From a bacterium (lineage in GTDB: Bacteria > Patescibacteriota > Minisyncoccia > Phycocordibacterales > UBA2100), in assembly GCA_038128225.1 (NCBI GenBank), contig JAYPJF010000001.1:240419-304418 (forward strand): a DNA stretch of 64,000 bases, written 5' to 3'. Shown here piece by piece: positions 57,985 through 64,000 of the stretch. Positions within the stretch are counted from its first letter, which is position 1. Every line of letters begins with the position of its first letter. Under the pieces are notes generated by a model, which was not told the DNA's origin, ran no database searches, and saw only the letters and a list, made by a program, of their open reading frames with translations. A program made the translations under genes and the position numbers.

Positions 57985-58383
57985 TTATTCTACACCAGGA
58001 CGGGGCGTGTCCAATGGCGTTATATCGATGCCCTGTGTGGTCGGTTGGTAGATCAGTTCAAGCACTTTTTCTTCGGTGCGTCCAAATTTGTCCGTAGCAG
58101 TAACCATAATGCGATTGTATCCCTGGGTAAGGACAACAGGCTCTTCAAACGCCCCACTTTCCGTAACAGGGATGGTTCTACCATTAATACGCAGCTCAGC
58201 AATACGCTCTGCTTTACCTTGTATCAAAACTACACGTTCTGTTACCTCTGTTGTCTCAGTAGTAAGTATAATATTTGGGCCATACACAATATTGCGTGCC
58301 TCAAATAATGCGTAGCCAATGATGCATAAAAACAAAATAGCGACACCGATCATCGCGGGAGTATTGTAACGGTACGGAATCAT
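57985..58383 (-). CDS. Membrane-anchored single Ig-like domain protein
   Basis: TM followed by GP.I, L.ING, G.F and L..GYNRI.V.ATDKFG motifs. Confidence 0.75.
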   Translation of the reverse strand: MIPYRYNTPAMIGVAILFLCIIGYALFEARNIVYGPNIILTTETTEVTERVVLIQGKAERIAELRINGRTIPVTESGAFEEPVVLTQGYNRIMVTATDKFGRTEEKVLELIYQPTTQGIDITPLDTPRPGVE

Positions 58384-60569
58384 GATTCCTCGCCGCCGCC
58401 AGCTTCATCTGACTCTGGCACGCTGCTCGCGCCAAGAACCGTGCGTGGTTTTGCACCGTCGGCGGGACCGATCACGCCTCGTTGTTCAAGGAGGTCCATT
58501 AAACGTGCTGCACGAGAATATCCGACACGTAATTTTCGCTGTAGATACGAGGTGGACGCCCGACCGGAGTTGACCACCTCCTGTCTCGCTTCTTCATACA
58601 AAGAGTCGTCATCATCTTCAGTTTCTTCGCCAAAAGCATTTCCGCCCGTCGGAGGAGCGATTTCCGAGAAGTTGATTGCGTATTCTGAAGCGTCCGCTTC
58701 TCCTGCGGTTTCAACGATGTGTTTTACAATTTTATGTACCTCGTCTTCACTGATATACGGAGCTTGGATGCGCCGTGGTTTCGCCATTTCACCCGTGAGA
58801 AACAGCATATCCCCTGCTCCCAGTAGTTTCTCGGCACCACCCATATCAAGAATGGTTCGTGAGTCGATCTGTGAAGGCACTTGTAAGGCAATGCGCGCCG
58901 GAATGTTTGCCTTAATAAGACCCGTGATGACTTTCACGCTCGGGCGCTGTGTAGAAAGGATCAGATGAATACCAACGGCCCGACTCATCTGAGCAAGGCG
59001 CACAATACCCGCCTCAAGTTCACGCGGATAGAGTTGCATAATCTCGGAAAGTTCATCGATAAGGACGACAATATACGGGAGCGTTTCTGGAAGCTCTGCA
59101 TCTGGATCTCCTTTATGTCGTTCGAGTGCGGGTTGCACGACGTTTTTATGGTACGAACTGATGTCGCGTACCTTCTCAGTCTCCAAAATATCGTATCGGC
59201 GGGCCATCTCTTTTGCGAGCCACTTAAGTGCAACAATCGCTTTTTTAGGATCAGTAATAACCGGAGTGAGTAGGTGGGGAATGGAGTTATATCCAGTCAG
59301 CTCGACACGTTTTGGATCAACCATGACAAAACGTAGCTGGTCTGGGCCGAGGCGGTACAGAAGGGAGACGATGATGTTGTGTGCCATCACTGATTTACCT
59401 GACCCGGTTGCGCCAGCGATAAGTAGGTGCGGGGCTCGTGCGAGGTCAGCAAAATGTGGTTGCCCAGTAATCGACCTTCCGAGAGCTATGAGCAGTGGTT
59501 TGTCCGATTCAACGAACTCTTTATCAGACAAAAGTGGACCGAGACCAAGTACTGTCCTTGATGTGTTGGGGACTTCTATACCGACCAAGGACTTGCCAGG
59601 TATAGGTGCCTCTATACGCAAGGGAGAAGCTGCTAGACCCAATTCTATATTACTTTGAAGTGCAACTATTTTCGCCAATCGGACACCTTCAGCGGGCTTC
59701 AGTGCGTATCGTGTTACGGTCGGTCCAATAGAGACCTCGTCCATCTCAACTTCGATACCAAAGTTTTGGAGCGTCCTTTTAATGATATTCATGTTGGCTT
59801 TAATGTCCCCGGTCGAAGGTTTCCCTTTGTTGCCAGCAAGGATTGATAGTGGCGGTGGTGTATACACACTGTGCGCGCGGATCGAAGATCGTTTCGCCTT
59901 TTCGAAACCCATCATTCCAAAAAGACTCTCTTTTGTGTCGCTAACTTCAGGTTGCGGTACTGCGTCTGGGTGCTCGTCGGGTTCAATACTGACTGTTGCC
60001 ACGGGTTCTTGTTGCTGTATTTCTGAAGTTGTTTCCGAACCAATCTCTTCAGGTTTTTGAGAAAATCGGTTCTTGAAAAATGTGATGATTGCGCCTGGGT
60101 GTACGTCAAACGAAATCATTAAAGCGGCACAGACGAACGCAGCCAGGAACACGGTTGCGGCAACAACATCGATCGCTTTTGTAAGCGGTTCGGCAATGTA
60201 CTTACCAACAATGCCTGCCTGCCCAGGGAGCAGGATGTTTAGAAGTCCTAGTGCCGCGAGAAGGAAAAGAGCCACTCCCCCAAGCCGTACGTATCCAAAA
60301 TAGTCTGTATTGTACGCTTTGAATAATGTGAATGCGGCGATAAAGAACGAAAGTGGCAATAGCGCATATCCAACACCAAGGAGAAAAGAGAGCCATGAAA
60401 AAAGCGTAGAGCCTACAAATCCACCAAGTTCAAATGCTGACAAGATAAAAAAGATCCCAGCGGCGAGAAAAAAAACGCCTATAACGCCACGCATGGTCTC
60501 AGATTGCGCAAATGATACAGTGGCTCCTTCGAGCGCTTGTTCCTCATTTTTCTTACGTTTTTTCGCCAT
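58380..60569 (-). CDS. ftsK: DNA translocase FtsK/SpoIIIE
   Basis: 4TM N-terminus, RIEAPIPGK, PHLLIAGATGSGKS, TQRPSV and gamma domain LQRKLRVGYSRAARL. Confidence 0.97.
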   Translation of the reverse strand: MAKKRKKNEEQALEGATVSFAQSETMRGVIGVFFLAAGIFFILSAFELGGFVGSTLFSWLSFLLGVGYALLPLSFFIAAFTLFKAYNTDYFGYVRLGGVALFLLAALGLLNILLPGQAGIVGKYIAEPLTKAIDVVAATVFLAAFVCAALMISFDVHPGAIITFFKNRFSQKPEEIGSETTSEIQQQEPVATVSIEPDEHPDAVPQPEVSDTKESLFGMMGFEKAKRSSIRAHSVYTPPPLSILAGNKGKPSTGDIKANMNIIKRTLQNFGIEVEMDEVSIGPTVTRYALKPAEGVRLAKIVALQSNIELGLAASPLRIEAPIPGKSLVGIEVPNTSRTVLGLGPLLSDKEFVESDKPLLIALGRSITGQPHFADLARAPHLLIAGATGSGKSVMAHNIIVSLLYRLGPDQLRFVMVDPKRVELTGYNSIPHLLTPVITDPKKAIVALKWLAKEMARRYDILETEKVRDISSYHKNVVQPALERHKGDPDAELPETLPYIVVLIDELSEIMQLYPRELEAGIVRLAQMSRAVGIHLILSTQRPSVKVITGLIKANIPARIALQVPSQIDSRTILDMGGAEKLLGAGDMLFLTGEMAKPRRIQAPYISEDEVHKIVKHIVETAGEADASEYAINFSEIAPPTGGNAFGEETEDDDDSLYEEARQEVVNSGRASTSYLQRKLRVGYSRAARLMDLLEQRGVIGPADGAKPRTVLGASSVPESDEAGGGEES

Positions 60570-60728
60570 TGTACTTCAGTTAAACTGGCACCTAAGTACA
60601 CTCAGGTGTCATTACGATAATACCACGCTACAACGAGGCAGTGGTTTCCATGGTTGTGCACTTGCGGAATGAGCCTGTGTCCTATATATAATCTTACTAT
60701 CCGCTACACTTCGTTTCGAAGACACCTC

Positions 60729-61481
60729 ATGGATCAAAAAAAGGACATACAAGAGAGTAAAAGGGAGAACCCACTCGAGAGCGCGATCTATGAGACAAAA
60801 ATTGATCCTTTCGGACACAATATATCGGGTAAACAGTCGTATACAAGAGCAGAAAGAATATTTGCTGCCGTATATCTGCTTACAAAAAGGACACCAGAGA
60901 ATGAGCTTATCCGCGCTAGGGTGCGCGAAAGCGCGGATGAACTTCTGCGTACGGTCATGTCTCTTAAAGATGGAGTACGTCAACTACAGACAGAGGTTGT
61001 AAACCAGATACATGCGCGTGCGCGTGAGATTGTCTCTTATGTAGGCATTCTCGTACTTTCCGGATACGTATCGAAGGCGAACGCAGAAGTTCTTGTGGGC
61101 GCACTCGATGACCTTGTCGCTTTCATAAACACTACCAGAGCGAGCGGATTTTCTGAACCGCATGTACTCGAACGCGAAGATTTGTCTCCACAGCGGCGAA
61201 CGATTGTTTCAGACGAAGCACTGGCGGTTTCTGTACCACATATGTCTGTAAAGCCGTTGCGTCAGCGTAAACCATTTAAACAGAAGCAGAAAGAAGGAGG
61301 TAGGCGCGATATGATTTTGAGCGTTTTGCGGCTCGGTGGCTCATATGGAATCAGAGAGATCCATTCCCAGGTACTGGGTTGTAGCGAAAAAACTATTCAG
61401 CGGGAATTGGCGGCGCTAACTAGTGAGGGTATCGTTAAAAAAGAAGGGGAAAAACGCTGGAGCCGTTACTTCATCGCATAG
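60729..61481 (+). CDS. Hypothetical protein with helical N-domain and C-terminal winged helix-turn-helix
   Basis: AERIFAAVYLLT helical bundle; SEKTIQREL..L..G.V.KEGEKRWSRY HTH. Confidence 0.8.
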   Translation: MDQKKDIQESKRENPLESAIYETKIDPFGHNISGKQSYTRAERIFAAVYLLTKRTPENELIRARVRESADELLRTVMSLKDGVRQLQTEVVNQIHARAREIVSYVGILVLSGYVSKANAEVLVGALDDLVAFINTTRASGFSEPHVLEREDLSPQRRTIVSDEALAVSVPHMSVKPLRQRKPFKQKQKEGGRRDMILSVLRLGGSYGIREIHSQVLGCSEKTIQRELAALTSEGIVKKEGEKRWSRYFIA

Positions 61482-61658
61482 ACATTCGTAGGGAGAAGGG
61501 TACTGAATTCTGGCTACGCGGCGGCTGTTATTTCTGGACAAAAACCCAGACTCTTTCGTGAATGCGATCTCGTGGCGAAAAGCTTTGACTTTGCAACGGT
61601 TTAGCGGTACCGTGTCCAGGACCACGTAGCTTGCGCCATTAGGCGTTTGCTGTGTTGG

Positions 61659-61667
61659 TTATCCACA
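61659..61667 (+). promoter_or_regulatory. Perfect DnaA-box consensus TTATCCACA
   Basis: Exact 9-mer in an intergenic region, 40 nt upstream of a TATAAT. Confidence 0.4.
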
Positions 61668-61719
61668 CGGGCAATAGTTTTTACGATGGTAGAGACTATC
61701 GCGACTGTATAATATTCGG

Positions 61720-62085
61720 AATGTGGGGATGCTACGTAAGTTTGTAGCGTCTTACACGTCTCTGTAACGGATGTTGTGGATGTTTTGAAAGAAGATCATT
61801 GACAATTTAATAAGGAATAAGCGAGTAGAAGTCTCGTGGTCAAAACTTCATCTTCAGCACATACAGATGTGTTCCGTCATTTCCGAAAGACCGCATGACC
61901 AAAACATTCATTGCTAACTTCGTTCGCACGAGTGCATCGTGAGCTCGAGATAGCATTAATCGTGTTTATTAGTGTCGGCATCGAAAGGTGCCAACGCATC
62001 ACTCTCCCGTCGAAGGAGAGTAGTGCAACCGGAGCTCTCACACATTTAGTAGTAAAAGAGCACTGGTTACCATTAGATAAAAATT
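61720..62085 (+). ncRNA. Putative structured 5' leader RNA
   Basis: TATAAT at 61708; at least six hairpins including a GAAA tetraloop; no credible ORF. Confidence 0.45.
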
Positions 62086-64000
62086 ATGATGAAAACTTTA
62101 GCAACAAACAAAGTTGCGGCAGTTGTCGTCGGACTCGGTCTCGTACTTGCGTTCGGTTTTGCATACGCAACACCAGCGAAAGCACAGAGCGTTTCTGATT
62201 TGCAAGCTCAAATCAATAGCTTGCTCGCAACAATCGCACAACTCCAGTCACAGATCGCAGGACAAACCGGCGGTACGACGACTGGCGGTTCGTGTACAGG
62301 CTTTACATTCACCCGCAATCACAAACAAGGTGAGACTGGAGGTGAGGTAATGGAAATCCAGAAGTTCTTGAACAAGATGGCAGACACGCAAGTAGCTGCT
62401 ACTGGCGCAGGTTCTCCTGGTAACGAAACGAGCTACTTTGGTCCAGCGACCAAGGCAGCTATTATCAAGTATCAGAACAAGTACGCTTCAGCGATCCTTA
62501 CCCCAGTCGGGTTGACCGCTGGAACAGGTAACTGGGGCGCTTCAACACGCGCACATGCAAACAGCATGAACGCAAATTGTGGCACCGGTACTGGTACGGG
62601 CACAGGAACAGGCACTCCTACGGGAACCGGCCTCGTTGTTGCTGCAACCGCACAACCTGCAAACGCACTTGCTCCTGAACTTGCTGCTCGTGTTCCGTTC
62701 ACCATGCTTACCCTCACGAACGCTTCGGGTGCTGCAGTGACGGTCAACGGAATCAACGTTGAACGCACTGGTTCAGCAGCTGACGCGGTCTTCTCAGGTA
62801 TCGTCGTGATCGACGAGACAGGTATGCAACTCGGTGTTCAGAAGACTCTGAACTCAAACCACCAGGCAAAAGTTGGCGATCCGTTCGTCATCCAACCTGG
62901 TCAGACAAAGACCCTCACTATCGCAGGTAACATGGCAACAACTTTGGATAACTACCAAGGTCAGATTGCATCACTCTCTGTGATCGGTGTTGACACTACA
63001 GCAACCGTTTCTGGTTCGCTCCCAATCACGGGCGCAAGCCACACGATCAACTCAACCCTCACCATCGGAACTCTTCCAATGACTCAGGGTACAGCTGATC
63101 CTGACGCGAGTTCAAACCGCGAAATCGGCATCACCAACTTCCTCTTCCAGTCAGTACGCGCAACCGCGGGTTCTGCAGAAGATGTATGGGTGAAATCAAT
63201 TCGTTGGAACCAAACCGGTTCAATCGGTGGTGGTGACATCGCAAACGTTCGCACTGTAGTTGATGGTGTTGAGTACCCTGCTACGCTTTCAGCTGATGGC
63301 AAGTACTACACAACCGTCTTCTCAGGTAACGGTTTGAAGATCGAAAAAGGTCTTCAGAAAGAATTCGAAATCAAAGCTAACCTCGTTGGTGGCTCGGGCC
63401 GCACGATCGCGTTTGATATCTACAAAGCAACTGATATCTACGCTGTTGGTGGTACCTATGGTTACGGCATCACGCCTACCCAAAGCGAAGGTGGTACTGC
63501 ATCTGATGCAACCTCAGAGTTCACTGCTGGCACACCGTTCTTTGACGGTGCGACAGTTACGGTAACTGGTGGTTCAGTCACGTCAGTATCTCGTGCAAAC
63601 GAAGTTCCTGCACAGAACGTTGTAGAGAACACTCCGAACCAAGCAATCGGTGGTTTCGTAGTTGATCTCAAGGGTGAAGCAATCTCAGTGCAGCAAATGG
63701 TGTTCCATGTCGGTGTAAGTGGCTCAACCGCAGATGTTGCAGACGTGACCAACGTCACGCTTGTTGACGAAAACGGTGTTGTAGTCGCTGGCCCGGTAGA
63801 CGGTTCTGCAGGTTCAACTGACGCAGTGACCTTCACTGATACAGTGACCTTCCCAACTGGCCGTCACATCTACACCTTGAAGGGTAAGCTCGGAACTGAC
63901 TTCGCAAACGGAGACACAGTTTCAGCATCAACAACACCTTCAACTGACTGGTCAAACGTTACTGGTCAGTCAACAGGTGACACGATCTCGCTCTCATCAC
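62086..64000 (+). CDS. Major surface/S-layer-like protein with peptidoglycan-binding domain (3'-truncated; missing from the ORF track)
   Basis: Open frame from ATG 62086 to the window end: signal peptide MMKTLATNKVAAVVVGLGLVLAFGFAYATPAKA, LQAQINSLLATIAQLQ coil, FTRN..G..G.EV..IQKFLN..GSPGNETSYFGPATKAAIIKYQ, then Thr/Gly-rich beta domains; codon usage looks strongly biased. Confidence 0.92.
   Translation, partial: MMKTLATNKVAAVVVGLGLVLAFGFAYATPAKAQSVSDLQAQINSLLATIAQLQSQIAGQTGGTTTGGSCTGFTFTRNHKQGETGGEVMEIQKFLNKMADTQVAATGAGSPGNETSYFGPATKAAIIKYQNKYASAILTPVGLTAGTGNWGASTRAHANSMNANCGTGTGTGTGTGTPTGTGLVVAATAQPANALAPELAARVPFTMLTLTNASGAAVTVNGINVERTGSAADAVFSGIVVIDETGMQLGVQKTLNSNHQAKVGDPFVIQPGQTKTLTIAGNMATTLDNYQGQIASLSVIGVDTTATVSGSLPITGASHTINSTLTIGTLPMTQGTADPDASSNREIGITNFLFQSVRATAGSAEDVWVKSIRWNQTGSIGGGDIANVRTVVDGVEYPATLSADGKYYTTVFSGNGLKIEKGLQKEFEIKANLVGGSGRTIAFDIYKATDIYAVGGTYGYGITPTQSEGGTASDATSEFTAGTPFFDGATVTVTGGSVTSVSRANEVPAQNVVENTPNQAIGGFVVDLKGEAISVQQMVFHVGVSGSTADVADVTNVTLVDENGVVVAGPVDGSAGSTDAVTFTDTVTFPTGRHIYTLKGKLGTDFANGDTVSASTTPSTDWSNVTGQSTGDTISLSS

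Noticed and set aside
61480-61800. Possible replication origin
   Set aside because: Only one perfect DnaA box (61659) plus weak matches (61722, 61775); no clear AT-rich unwinding element and no dnaA or dnaN nearby.
61911-63836. Short ORF-track entries in the last 2 kb
   Set aside because: They are off-frame or antisense to the single long unterminated CDS starting at 62086.
1-64000. CRISPR array, rRNA, prophage structural genes, or alternative genetic code
   Set aside because: No regularly spaced repeats, rRNA-like sequence or phage hallmark genes were seen. Conserved genes such as thyA, uppS and metG end properly at TGA.

Overview
This 64-kb window is a gene-dense chromosomal segment. Gene content and protein styles point to a small-genome Patescibacteria (CPR) bacterium, probably Parcubacteria; this placement is inferred. 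Supporting signs are type IV pilus genes, rplK without a following rplA, homodimeric GlyRS, short MetRS, Cys-paired Ig-like surface proteins and a peptidoglycan-binding S-layer-like protein. TGA is used as a stop codon. Housekeeping genes include argS, ileS, glyQS, metG, rplS, rplK, rpsF, ssb, rpsR, secE, nusG, efp, recA, recO, ftsK, uppS and ruvX, plus five tRNAs. Accessory content includes a decayed serine-recombinase island at tRNA-Ser and a dTTP-supply cluster (thyA, folA, dcd, two NUDIX genes, tmk). Best leads: (1) a >3,186-aa surface protein with a hidden lytic-transglycosylase-like domain and a second unknown globular module, a candidate host-attack effector; (2) all five tRNA genes end in discriminator+CA rather than CCA; (3) about 20 core genes look leaderless (TAnnnT-N6-8-start), whereas accessory genes carry AGGAG sites and mostly their own terminators, including two small ORFs missing from the track; (4) a ~365-nt structured leader before the S-layer-like gene; (5) tandem secreted genes with diverged N-termini and an identical 667-bp 3' part; (6) a locally hypermutated RecA L2 region, most likely an assembly artefact. 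All calls come from motif recognition by eye; no searches or folding programs were run.
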